DNA from: Callorhinchus milii
Lineage: Eukaryota
Reading direction: 5' to 3'
Assembly: GCF_018977255.1 (NCBI RefSeq)
Contig: NW_024704742.1
Location: 122,514,001-122,578,000 of the forward strand
DNA length: 64,000 nucleotides
The position numbers and the translations under genes were made by a program. Shown here one piece after another: positions 24,894-37,390 of the stretch (position 1 is the first letter of the stretch; each line of letters starts with the position of its first letter). Below the pieces are notes generated by a model. The model was not told the DNA's origin and searched no databases. It saw nothing but the letters and a program-made list of their open reading frames with translations.

Positions 24894-27800
24894 AACACCT
24901 CTAGGGTAGCGCCAGCAAAAATCCTGCAGCACAAGAAACCATAAAACAGATTTGGGTGAAGAAAGCCCTTCTGTCCATTTGATTTCCTTTGTTCAAAATA
25001 CCAACCCCTACTGTCCTCCCATTACAATGTTCGATTTTTAAAGTGAATCCCATGTCCTGACCTGTTCCACTCTTCTTTGTAATCTACTCCAGTGTCGATC
25101 ATCCTCTGTGTCAAGAAACTTCCCTTGTGTTTGACTTAAAGTTGTTCTTCACAACCCCTCTCTTGTTCTGCTGCCTTTAGATATGTAAAGTATTGTTCTG
25201 GGGTTACTTTTTCTAACCTGTTTAGCATCTAATAGGATATCTATAATATCCCACAGGAACGTCCCCACCCCCACCCTACACATCTGAGCCTTTTCTTTCT
25301 AAGCCTTGAGAGGCCTAGCTTATCCCTCCAACACTGGGGGAACAACCTCATTGATCTATAAGCTGATCACCTCTATACTCGTCCAGCTTCACTGGATCCC
25401 CATCTAACGGAGGATCAAGTTTAAAATCCTTGCCCTCACCTTTAAAGCCCTCTACAATCTTGCTCCATCCTCTCTCTATGACCTCTTAAACTCCTACCAA
25501 TTTGTCCACTTCCTCTGCTCGGTGTGCATTGGCCTGCTCCACGCCCCCCACTCTGCCCCCATCACCAGCGTAGGTCAGACTTTTAGCCTTTCTATACCCA
25601 CCCACTAGAACTCCATCCGAGAGCTCCAGTTCCTTGGGATGTCCTCCCAATGTGAAAGCTGCTGTATAAATACAATTTGTTGTTGTTGGGGATCACTTTG
25701 GCCTCATTCCTCATAGATCACCCTCCAACCCTTTGGGAATAACGCCTTTGTAATGGGGGTCACTTTGGTTGATGTAACAAATGGAAGCAGGTCATACTTT
25801 CATCACAGATTTTCAACCAAGTTGTGTTGAAGGGCTGTGTACTCGAAACGTTGACTCACTTTCCTTTCTCCATAGATGCTGCCTGACCTGCTGAGAGTTC
25901 CCAGTGACTTCTGTTTTTGTGTTCTCTAATTTGGCACAAAAATTCCGGAGCAGCCAATGATCTCAGTATGATTAACAATTATGCAGCACTGACATTAATG
26001 TACAGGAAGTTACAACATAAAAACAGTTTTGGGATGTTAAATATATCCCAAAACTGAATCAAATAGACATAAATTTGCAACGCAATTTTATACCACCAGT
26101 TAAAAGGATAGAATCTTTCTACTCACAATTGAAAAAATTCTGTCCAAACCCACATTCAATAATTATTATCTGCCAAATGAAAGTGATATCAAATTGAATA
26201 TTAATTCAATCAAATACTAATTGCAATATTTTCTTTACATATGAGCGATGGCATTTGGATCATCCGCCAGTACTCAGCAAAACTGCCTTCCATTAGATAA
26301 AGATTTTGGCAAAGCTTTTCCTGATAGCTTAGAGAATTGATTCAGTTAGTAACTGAGCCATACAAAACCATCCCAAATTCAATCCCTGATCTGTGCTGAA
26401 TTAGCTCATCTCAGGCAAAGGTAATGCATGGTGCTACAATTGGCCTCTGTGCCCAAAACGAGGGAGAGGGGAATCAGTTAGCTGACCCCTGCTGGAGCTG
26501 TGTGGATGTTAATATTGGGAGACGACAGTATCAAGCTCAGCTGCGATGGTCAGCCTGCTGTCATTAGCTGTCAAGAAAGGCCACTTGTCCAACCCTTAGG
26601 GTGATTGGGATCAGTGGATTAATATTCCACTAGAAGGCAAAAATAAGTCAAATTCATTGAATCAGCAGAGGAATTCCAAATTTCTGTCTAAATCTACAAA
26701 AATTGTCTTCAAATTGTGGAGAATTTGGCAATTCTTAATTTCGGTCTCAATTTTGAAGCCGCTTTTCCACATTTCTTTTATGAAGAGCTAAAGCAAACCA
26801 ACAACCAAATTCGGACTGGATTGAAGAATTTGAAAATTCTGCATGGTTGGGAATTTCAAGGCCAATTTAAGCTAAAACCAGTGAAATTTCAGGCCTACCA
26901 TAAAAGGACCAAACAAGAGGTTTAAATCATTGGGAAAGCGCTTACAAACTGCTGGCTGCTGTGGAGCAAAAGATGGTGAAAAACCTATCTTTTGCTCCAC
27001 AGCAGCCAGCAGTTTGCTACTTGTCTTTTTCTGATGTTTCTTTGTCCCCATCCCCCGATTTCAAATTTCAAGGTTAACGTACTCAAGCCCTGGTACAGAC
27101 AGGACTGCTCCAAATACTAACCACATCCAATGTCACCAAGTCACTGCTTCCTCAGCTGATCGGAGATTTCACTGGGTAGTGCTCGAATAGCTGACACTTA
27201 TAGTGTACAGTTTAGCCATTATTCTCCAGTGATCCACGTTTTCTTTATGGCTGGGATTAATAGTGGTACTTTACTCACGTCAACATATTTAATATCAAAA
27301 TGAACATTTAAAAGAATATCTTCAAAATTAGTAAAACCAAGCAGCAGCATCAGCAATACTTTATGTTCCAGGTGCTTTCATATCTGAGCGTGCATTGTAT
27401 GCAGTGTGAAAACATCACAGCAAACAGAATGCAGTTTGACACGATTTATTTCTTCCAAGCGTAAAAATGCTTTGAATGTGGCAAAGTCCAATGATCACTT
27501 TCAAATTCTACCCCTTTATAATATGAAATAGATATTGAGTAATGGTTTATCATCTAAGTTAATCAATGCAAATATATAATATTTAAATTGCACAAAAGCA
27601 TGATTAACAATAAATATAATTTATTTTGCATTATAATCATAAATATCTACTGAACAAACATATAATTGCCAAATAAAAATATATTCAATGTTGGGTCTTA
27701 ATTAATAACAAACATTAATATGAGCTCAAACCAGAGATGATTTCCTATTGCTGTTCTACAATTGTGAGCATGGAAATGTTGCTAGGAGATCATTTGACTG

Positions 27801-28637
27801 AGGTTTGTTGGTATAAAAGGTATGTGTACTTTGAAACACACAAAATAAGATCCTCATTCAAAGATTTGGTCATAAAATATTTCCAGACCTTACTATAAAA
27901 AGTGGACGTACAATTTAGCAGGACTTACAAGCTGGTGATTAACAACTCGGACAACCAGACATTTTGATAAATGAGCCCACCACTTAAATTAGCTGAAGAG
28001 GAATGAAAGCAATGACTATCTGAGGCAGTGTTTGCCAACAGAATGATACCACACCCCGTAGTAATAAATGAAGAATGCAATCCGCTCTGGATCCAGTAAT
28101 GCATCCGTTATTTTATTTCTCATCTACACGCACCTTAAAAGTCCTTCTTCTTTATAACTACAAATTCTGAAACTCAAAAGACAATTTTACAGAGAGCATC
28201 AGTGGGGAGAGTAAAAGCCGAAATTAAATTGACCTGAGATGGTTCTCAGGGAAAACTGATAAAAGCAGAAATCTGGATTTAATATGTAGATTAAATCCTA
28301 TAAGATTTTTTTTAATCAAACAAAATCAGACTATTGGACCAGCTGATTCAAACGGGCAATGAAACAACTAACTGAACATCATGCAATTACTTAAATACTT
28401 CTTTCCCAGACACCATTCCAGTTTTGGTTATGGCACTAATGCCATCCTAAGTGGATGGACAGAAATGAGAGGGGCACAGAAAATTGCTGGGAGGAGGTGA
28501 TGATAGAACAAGTTCTTTTTTTTTCAAAAAAAACCACAAATTATTAAATATTATACAAAATAAATAAGTACAAAGGGTCATCGTTTACCTTGTGGCTTTG
28601 AAATGGCTATGTGCGAGATAGCAAAGGTTATACAGAC

Positions 28638-28661
28638 CTGCAGAGGAGCCTCCTGTCTCAT
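28638..28661 (-). CDS. RAB3C: RAB3C proximal alternative first coding exon (MRQEAPLQ)
   Basis: Minus strand reads ctaacc ATG AGA CAG GAG GCT CCT CTG CAG|gtctgt. Phase 0, in frame with exon 2, and close to the mammalian RAB3C N-terminal extension MRHEAPMQ. Confidence 0.9.
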
Positions 28662-28739
28662 GGTTAGTGAGTGAGTGAGTGAGTAGCTCTGTGTGTATCA
28701 GTCTGACTGGGGACCAGAGCCAAACACTTTTGTATTGGC

Positions 28740-28910
28740 ATGGGCTCCCCTCTGCGCATGCGCCGGCGTCGCTCGGCCCTCTGGGATTTGTAGTTCCCCG
28801 GCCCGCGAGCAGCCCGGCCCCGCGCACGGGAAGGACCAGGTCCCGAGCACTACAACTCCCAGAACCCCCTCCGCGCCAGCTGCTGCGCTCGCTGTGTGTT
28901 CGCTGCCGTG
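28740..28910 (-). promoter_or_regulatory. CpG-rich proximal promoter with an NRF1 motif and two ZNF143/SBS motifs
   Basis: TGCGCATGCGC at 28753-28763; ACTACAAATCCCAGAGGGCC on minus (28775-28794); ACTACAACTCCCAGAACCCC on plus (28849-28868); high CpG density about 100-250 bp upstream of the MRQEAPLQ ATG. Confidence 0.8.
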
Positions 28911-28928
28911 TGTGTGTGTGTGTGTGTG
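28907..28928. repeat. (GT)n microsatellite (others at ~30629-30655 and ~31202-31221)
   Basis: Visible dinucleotide runs. Confidence 0.9.
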
Positions 28929-29139
28929 TTGTGCTGAGCTCAGAGCCATGGCTCCCTGTGATATTCCCTGCCTCGCGCTTTATGGATGGGCGTTCATGGA
29001 AGGGCGGGGAGGGGAATTACTGCGAGGAAACGGCACAAGAAAAACACATCGCAGAAATATCCCCCACCCAAAAAAAAACGCCCTGCAAATGCTTCCCAGA
29101 CCCCTTTTATAGCAAAGACAATAAAATAAGTCCCCACCA

Positions 29140-30525
29140 CTACCCCCAACACATACACACACACCGCACACACCCACACACCGCACACACCCCACACACA
29201 CACACCGCACACAGACACACACACCCACACACACAACCCCCCCACACACACACCCCACACATCCCCACACCCCCCCCGCACACCCCCCACCCCCCCCACA
29301 CACCCCCCCCACACACACACCCACACACACCCCCACACACACACCCCACACATCCCACACCCCCCCCCACACCCCCCACCCCCCCCCACACCCCCCCCAC
29401 ACACACACCCACACACACCCCCACACACACACCCCACACATCCCACACCCCCCCCCACACCCCCCCCCCACACACACCCCCCCCACACACACACCGCACA
29501 CAGACACACACCCACACACACCCCCCCCACACACACACCCCACACACACACCTCCCACACATACAACACCCCCCCACACACACACACCCCCACACACACA
29601 CACCCCCACACCCCACACACACACACACCCACACCCCCACACCCCCACACACACAACACCCCCCCACACACACACAACCCCCCACCCACACACACCCACG
29701 CACACCCCCACACACACACCCCCCCCCACACACACCCCACACACACACACCCACACCTCCCACACATACACCCCACACACACACCCCCACACACACACAC
29801 CCCCCACACACACAACACCCCCCACACACACACACAACCCCCCCCCCACACACACACCCACACCCCCACACACACACACACCCACACACACACACCCCCA
29901 CACACACAACACCCCCCCACACACACACAACCCCCCCCCCACACACACACACACCCACACCCCCACACACACACACACCCACACACACACACCCCCACAC
30001 ACACAACACCCCCCCACACACACACAACCCCCCCCCACACACACCCACACACACCCCCACACACACATACCCCCCCACACACACACCCCACACACACACA
30101 CCCACACCTCCCACACATACACCCCACACACACACACACCCCCACACACACCCCCCACACATCCCCACACACACCCCCCACACTCCCCACACACACCCCC
30201 CCACACACACACACACCCCACACACACACACCCCCACACACACAACACCCCCCACACACACAACCCCCCCCACACACACAACCCCCCCCACACACAACCC
30301 CCCCCCACACACACACCCACACACACAACCCCCCCACACACACACAACCCACACACCCCCCCACACACACAACCCCCCCCCCCCACACACACACCCCACA
30401 CATCCCCACCCCCCCCACACACACACACACCCCACACACACCCCCACCCCACACACCCCACACATCCCACCCCCACCCCCCACCCCCACCCCCACACACC
30501 CCACACACATCCCACCCCCACCCCA
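29140..30525. repeat. ~1.4 kb low-complexity (CA)n/Cn tract
   Basis: Almost entirely C and A on the plus strand; it produces the spurious 500-800 aa His/Thr/Pro and Val/Cys/Gly ORFs. Confidence 0.97.
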
Positions 30526-30623
30526 ACTGCACTGCATATATGTAACAATTATCACAGTGACAATAATTGTTATGTACAGTATTTTTAAACACTTTGATCT
30601 CCCACTGGAGACCCAGTCAGTCA

Positions 30624-30655
<32 letters not shown>

Positions 30656-30797
30656 CTAACATCTGCACAGTCAACGAACCCTCTCTGGACGGACCCACAG
30701 GTCTTTCTTTCTTTTTTGTGTGTCTTTTTTGGGGGTTTGGGTGGATTTAAGAGAGCAATCGATGTGCAGAAGTGCAGCCACAGTAGCACCGCCTTAC

Positions 30798-30815
30798 CTT
30801 ACCGTACAGCTCCAT
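30798..30815 (-). CDS. RAB3C: RAB3C distal alternative first coding exon (MELYGK)
   Basis: Minus strand reads ATG GAG CTG TAC GGT AAG|gtaagg. Strong phase-0 donor downstream of a GC/CpG-rich region; resembles my recollection of a second vertebrate RAB3C N-terminus. Confidence 0.75.
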
Positions 30816-31130
30816 CTGCACACACCAAACTTCAACACCCAACAATTCTCTCCTCCTGCGCCCCCCCCCCCCACAACCCCCCCAAAAAAAAGAGACCCCG
30901 AGAAAAGCAAAGCGAAGCGAAGCGAAGGCGGAGAGTCCCGGGCGCTCCTCTGCTCCAGTCGGTGGGTTTGACCGGAGGATCTCACAGCTTCTCAGCCACC
31001 GAGCGGCGACTCTCTGCCTCTGAAGCGGACACTGTAAAACCCGAACCTCTTCACTGCACCGCCAACAACGCGCGGAAACTCGGCATCGCTGTGGGATATT
31101 ATTCCCACCTCTTCTGGATATAGCACACAC
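30816..31130 (-). promoter_or_regulatory. GC/CpG-rich 5'UTR and promoter region of the distal first exon
   Basis: Unique CpG-rich sequence (gcgaagcgaagcgaaggcgg, cgcgcgg) directly upstream of the MELYGK ATG in otherwise CpG-poor DNA. Confidence 0.55.
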
Positions 31131-31604
31131 GCAACACACACACAACACACACACAGTGCAGTGAATTATTTACCACATCTTTTCTGCTTATTACTCAGAG
31201 ATGTGTGTGTGTGTGTGTGTGGATTATTGCCACTACGTTTCTCCCACAAAATATACAGTTCAATTCACTTTGCAGTATATTCTGGGAAGCGCCTTTGAGA
31301 CGTCTCAACGACACGATAAGGTGCTACATCAATCGATATGCAAGCATTATTATTATTATTATTATTATCGTTATTGCATTTTTTTCCACCTTTTTTTACA
31401 AATAAGAAATGTTTCACCAACAAAATACACAGTCGATCCACTTTACAATATATTCTGTGAAGCACTTTCAGATGTATCGACGATGTGTTAAGTCATTATA
31501 TCGAATGCAAGGATTATTATTATTATTAAATACAGATCAATCTTGAAAGTAGCTTTCAGTATGTGGTGTGGAAGCTAAATAAAAATCAAAAGTCAGATTA
31601 TTAA

Positions 31605-33150
31605 AATAACAACAATATAACTACATTTGTATAGCGCCTTTCACGTCAGGAAGACGTCCCAAGGCACTGGACAGACAGAGAGAGTTTCGGACCTGAGCTG
31701 AGAGTGATCAACTGCAGAGTGATCAAAAGCACGGTCAAAGAGGAGGCTCTTGAGATGGGTCTTGAAGGAGGCAAAGTAGGGGGTGAGACGGAGAGACTGT
31801 GGGATGGAGTTCCAGAAGGTGGGGGCAGAGTCGCAGATGTTAGTGTCCGCAGAGACGCAGAGTCCGGCGTTAGTGGGGCGAGCGAGGCGGGGGACATGAA
31901 GCAGGCTGGAACCGCAGAGTGGAGGGAGTGAGCAGGATGGTAGAGGGTTAGGAGGTCGCAGAGGTAAGGGGGAGGAAGGCCACGGAGGGCTTTGAAGGTG
32001 AGGAACAGGATCTTGAACTGTATCCTCTGTGTGACAGGAAGCCAGTGGAGTCGGGCGAGGATGGGGTTGATAGGGTCACGGAGCCTAGTGTGGGAGAGAA
32101 CACAGAGTTTTGGATGATCTGCAGCCTGTGAAGGGAGGAGTTGGGGAGGCCGACAAGCATAGTTGAGCCTCGACGTAATGAATGCATGTATGAGGCTTTC
32201 AGCGGCCTCTGGTGTGAGACAGTGGTGGAGTCGGGCGACGTTGCAGAGATGGGGGAAGGCAGAGCGGGTTATGGCGCAGATGTGGGGTAGAAAGAATAGT
32301 TGAGGGTCAAACAAGACCCCAAGGTTCTGGACTGGCTTAGCAAGGTGGGGTGTGCAACCATGGATGGTGATGCTGTCAGCGCCTGAGGAGCCAATCAGGA
32401 GAGCCTCGGTCTTGTTGACGTTCAACTGAAGAAAGTTAGCTCTCATCCACGACTTGATGTGTGACAGACATTCTGTCAGGACAGTAGTGGTCCTGGAGTC
32501 AAGGGTGGAGGCAGAGAGGTAGAATTAGGTGTCATCTGCATACATGTGGATGTTGACCCCATGTCTGCGGATGATGTCAACAAGAGAGAGCATATAGATA
32601 TTGAAGAGGAGAGGACCAAGGACAGAGCCCCGAAGAACAACACACAAGATGGTGTGGGGGCTAGAGGAGAAACCATGGTGGTGTGAGAGGTACGATCTGA
32701 ACCAGTCAAGAACAGAGCCATGAAGGTTGAGGTGAGAGGAGAGGTGGTGGATGAGGATAGAGTGGTTGACAGTGTTGAAGGCAGCAGAGAGATCAAGGAA
32801 GACGAGGAGGCAGAGGGAGCCCTGCTCACAGATGCATAGAATGTCATTTGTCACTTTGACCAGGGTTGTTTCTGTGCTGTGGGTGGCATGGAAACCCAAT
32901 TGGAGGGTTCGTGAAGGGAGTGGCAGGAGAGGAAGGAGCAAAGCTGGAAACAACAAATCGTTCCAGACCTTGGAGAGGAAAGGGAGATGGGGCAGTAGTT
33001 TAAGAGTAGAGCTGAATCCAGGGAAGGTTTTTTAAGGATAGGAGTGATGACGGCGGTTTTTAATGGGGTGAGAACAGTACCAGTATCCAGGGAGAGGTTT
33101 ATGATGTCTGTGAAAAGAGAGAGGCAAGGAGGTGGAGCTGGGAGGTAAGG
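31605..33150 (-). mobile_element. L2 LINE, 5'-truncated and degraded
   Basis: HSTETTLVKVTND, DLSAAFNTV, GSVLGP and YADDT motifs. Confidence 0.92.
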
Positions 33151-33714
33151 AGAGGTGTAGGGAGGGGTCGAGGGAGCAGGTAAGATAAGCTCATACGGTG
33201 CATAAATAAAATGTACCATATGAGTTTATCTTAACCTTCACTGTAGACCGATGATATTGATAAGATGCAGTTATTGTGTGTGTCAGAAAACCTGCACTCC
33301 ATTTAACTTGACTGATCTCCATTAACCCACGGGTCAAGCCAAATAATCAAACAATAAATCCACTAGATGGAGGAAATCAACAAAGACTGTGTGGTACTCC
33401 TTTAGGAATTACAGACATCCTAGTGTATTGCCACACACAGTCTTAATATCAGCATACCTCGGGCTCTATAGTCGACTGGAAGGTGAAATTTAACATTATC
33501 GTTTGACACTCAGTTTAGCTTTCGACAAATTATTTATCTTTTGTATAGCATGATTTTCTATAAATATAATCACTCTGCTTCACAGTAAAATACCATGAAG
33601 GGCTTTGATTTTGATGAATGATAAAGTGGTATATTAAATGCAAGGATTATTATCTTATAAGGGGTTGTTTCCCTTTTTCTTGTAATTAAAAATATTACCC
33701 CCCTACACCACATT

Positions 33715-34240
33715 GCTCCCATCTGCCCCTACTTCACTCTAAATGCTGCTGAGATCCTTATCCACACCTTCATCACCTCCCAGCTGGATTTTTCTAACCC
33801 ACAAATTGTTGGTCTCCCAAGCTCCACCATCCACAAACTAACACATCTCAAAACCCCGCTGTCTGCATCCTCACCTCCACCAAACACCATATGTTCATCA
33901 CCCCAGTCCTCACCAATCTCCATTCAGTATCCATTTCCCAGTGGATTGATTTAAAGATCCTCACCCTTACCTATAAGATCCTCACCCTTACCTATAAATC
34001 CCTTCATATTTTAGCACCTCCCTACTGTGTGATCCCCTCCTACACCGTTCCTCTGCTTGCCCACTTAGGTAACTTAGGCTTACTGCATGTCCCCTAGCCT
34101 ACCCAATCCCCCATCTTTTCCAATTCTATAATCCTAGCCTCTAGAACTTTTTCCTTTCATCCGTTCTGTCTCATCCCCTCACTATCCATCTTCAAGTCCT
34201 GTCTTAAAACCTACCTTTTTGACTATGCCTATGGTCACCT
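33715..34240 (+). mobile_element. Old L2 fragment with an internal 21-bp tandem duplication (33954-33995)
   Basis: ITPVLTNLH...LKILTLTYK motif; aagatcctcacccttacctat occurs twice. Confidence 0.75.
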
Positions 34241-35204
34241 CCTTCCTATACAATAACCCAATACATACAAAACCCCATAAAATATATGGTGGCAAACACA
34301 AACGCAATGGTTAAGCAAAAGCTTTTGTGAGCTGATCAGAAGGTAACCATGCTGGTCTCTGCCAATTGCAGCAGCAAATTGTAAAAGGCAGAATCAACCA
34401 CAGACAATGATTGATTTTCAACAAATACCGTCATGGGGGAAAATACAATCCACAGCGGTCAAAAATAAAGAGGAGTCGATAATTCAAAAAGGACCACAGT
34501 TTAGGTTCCACGCTCATGGTTATTATATATCGGGGGAACTGACAATGTAAATGTTATGCAGTACATTAGTTTAACATTTTAAATGTAATATAAAGCAGGG
34601 TAGATAAATGATAACTGGTTGTTTACATAAGGTTTTGTTTTTTTACCCTTCTAGGTAATATTCTTTGGCTTGCTATGGCAACTAAATGTAAATATACAGT
34701 GCTTAAGGGTTTCTGGTACAGCTTGACATAGATTAAACAAACACTCATAACACCTCATATGCTTATTGTTTTTTTACAGCTTTGCTGAATTAATATAAAG
34801 GTGCCTGAATCTAATTAGTGTAAAAATTAAGGAGGTGATATTGCTGTGAGCATTAAAAATATGCGTGCAGAATATTTTGCACTCTGCATGTGGCAAGTTA
34901 ACAACATCATATTAGCACTGAAAACCTTAGTGTTGAGCAGGGGTAATGGGATGGCATTAATTCTGATGACCCAGTGTCATTCGAATTTAGGATCAGGGAT
35001 ACAGGACAAGAAAGATTCATATGATCGGTCACAAAACAAACAAAAAGACTACACTCTGCTTCTCATACCACCTCAATCGATTTCATGGTCAAATAGTAAT
35101 TTAATTCCCTTTTGAATTTGCTGATATAATTTGCATCCACTGCCGACCTAGCCAGATAATACATTCCACATACTATCAGCACCACCCTCTATGTAAAGTA
35201 ATTC

Positions 35205-36035
35205 AACAATAACAGCAATTTGCATTTATATATATTTTTATATATTATATATATGTGGGGTAGCATCCCAGAGCGCTTGGAACTGGCAGAGTCAGACAAT
35301 GAGCCGGGGGAGAGGGAAATGGGAGGTGGCAGTAAGCACGATTAAAAAGGAAGGTCTTTAGGTGGGTTTTGAAGGTGGGGTGGGAGGGGACAAGGTGGAG
35401 CGATTGGGGAGGGCGTGGGTTCCAGAGTTTTGGGGCTTAGTGGACGAAGGTGCGGTTACTGGTGGTGGAGTAGAGGGGACGAAGGACAAACAAAGCTGAA
35501 GCCAGGCGAGCGGAGTGGGAGGTAAGCAGATTGGATAGGTAGGGAAGTGCGAGGGTATGAAGGGATTTGAAAACGAGTGAGAACATTTTGAAATCGATCC
35601 ATTCGGTAATTGGGAGCCAGTGGAGCCTGGCAAGGACTGGTGTGATGGGGGTTCAGGGTTTTGTGCAGGTGAGTATCCGGGTGGTGGAGTTTTCAATTAA
35701 TTAGATTTTGTGTATGGTGGAGCTGGGGAGACCAGCGAGGAGGGTATTGGAATAGACAGGACGTGACAAAGGGGTGAACAAGAGTTTGGCTGCATTGGTT
35801 GTGAGGTACGGACGAAGTCCGGCAATGTGGTGGAGGTAGAAAAATGGTCCTGGTCAGGGAACAGATGTGTGGTAGAAAAAAAAGCTGGGGATTGAACCTA
35901 ACGCCTACGTTGTGCATGGGTTCAGAGAGTCTGAGGTTGAGGAGTTCAGACCCACAGGAATGAAATTGTTGACAGGAGCTAAAGAGTATGGCTTCTGTGT
36001 TGTTGACATTCAGCTGCAGGAAATTTATGTTCATC
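35205..36035 (-). mobile_element. L2 LINE 3' fragment, older
   Basis: NFLQLNVNNTEAIL motif and L2 tail. Confidence 0.82.
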
Positions 36036-36634
36036 AATCTGAACTGTGAGACTTTGAGTCCCCCTTTATAGGGTTTATGACTCAGTAAAACATGAACTGA
36101 GTGTTAGGCTTATGCAATTATGGAGCTTGAATATCTCAATAAGATCTGCTGAGACTTCTCCAATGCAAATACATCTTCCATGGTTTACACCAATGAAATG
36201 CCTTAACAAACCTATTAAAACCTTCAGAAAGATTAATTCAATTATGATGTGTGAAATTTACCTACTCAGTGCAGGAGGGACAGTCATTGCTGTGTGCAAA
36301 TTGGCTGCTGCATTGAGTTACATTTATGCAGTCACTTCACTTTACAGTAATTGCCTGTAAAGTGGTTTGAGACATTTTAATGTTATAGATGCTATACGAA
36401 ATGCAGGTATTATTATTATTATGATTTTTTTTAACAGCCAATCAAACAACCGTTTATTTAAGCAGGTGTAAAGTGGCTTAATGCCGTTTTTTAGAGTGAG
36501 TGGTGCCTGCACTATGCTGAGTTATTGAAGTTTGAGTCATAAAGTCATTGGTCTGTGATGCATTTGCCGATGTCAGTTGAGAACGCAGTAGGGGAGCTTC
36601 AATCTGCCTTTCCTTGCTTCAGCTTCCACATTTG

Positions 36635-37390
36635 CACACCTCACTAAGCCAATTAGGAACCTGGGCATCTTGCTCAACCTTTAACTGTCCTTTCTCTCCC
36701 ATATCCGTACCATGAACCGTTCTGCTTTCCCCCACCTCCGCAACATTACCCGACTCCGCCACTGCCTCACCCCTCCGGCTGCCAAAATCCTCATACACAC
36801 ATTCGTCACCTCAAGGCTAGACTACGGAAAGTCCCTCCTTGTCAGCCTCCCCAACTCTTCCCTCCACAAGCTGCAGCATCTAGAACTCTGCAACTCGTGT
36901 TCTCTCCTGCACCAGGCTCCGTGACCCCATCACCTGCACCCTTGCCCAACCCCAATGACTCCCCATCACTCAGATGATAGAGTTCAAAATCCTCATCCTC
37001 ACATTCAAGGCCCTCCATGGCCTTGACCTTTCCTACCTCTCTCACCCGCTGACCCCCTATCAACCAGTCCACGCTTTCTGCTTCGGCCTGCTCCAGAATC
37101 CCGCCCAACCCGCCCTACCATTGGCGGCCAGGTTTTCAGCCTCCCTGCCCCATTCTTTGGAACTCCATCCCACAATCCCTTTGCCTTGCTCTCTCACTTG
37201 CCTCCTTCAAGACACGACTCAAGGCCCTCCTTTTTGACCGTCCCTTCGGCCGCCCTCCTACCCTCTCTGCCCTCCCTCATCCCAACCCTGCTCCCCACGC
37301 TTGGGTCCTGATCCCTGACTGTTCATCGCCTTGAGACATCCTCCTGACGTGAAAGGCGCTTTACAAATATAATTTTGTTGTTGGTGGTGG
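36635..37390 (+). mobile_element. L2 LINE 3' fragment
   Basis: FVTSRLDYG and IEFKILILTFKALHGL motifs; tail. Confidence 0.88.

Noticed and set aside
28679..31123. 814-aa plus-strand ORF and the 522/532/549-aa minus-strand ORFs
   Set aside because: Artefacts of the stop-free C/A low-complexity tract; no domain content.
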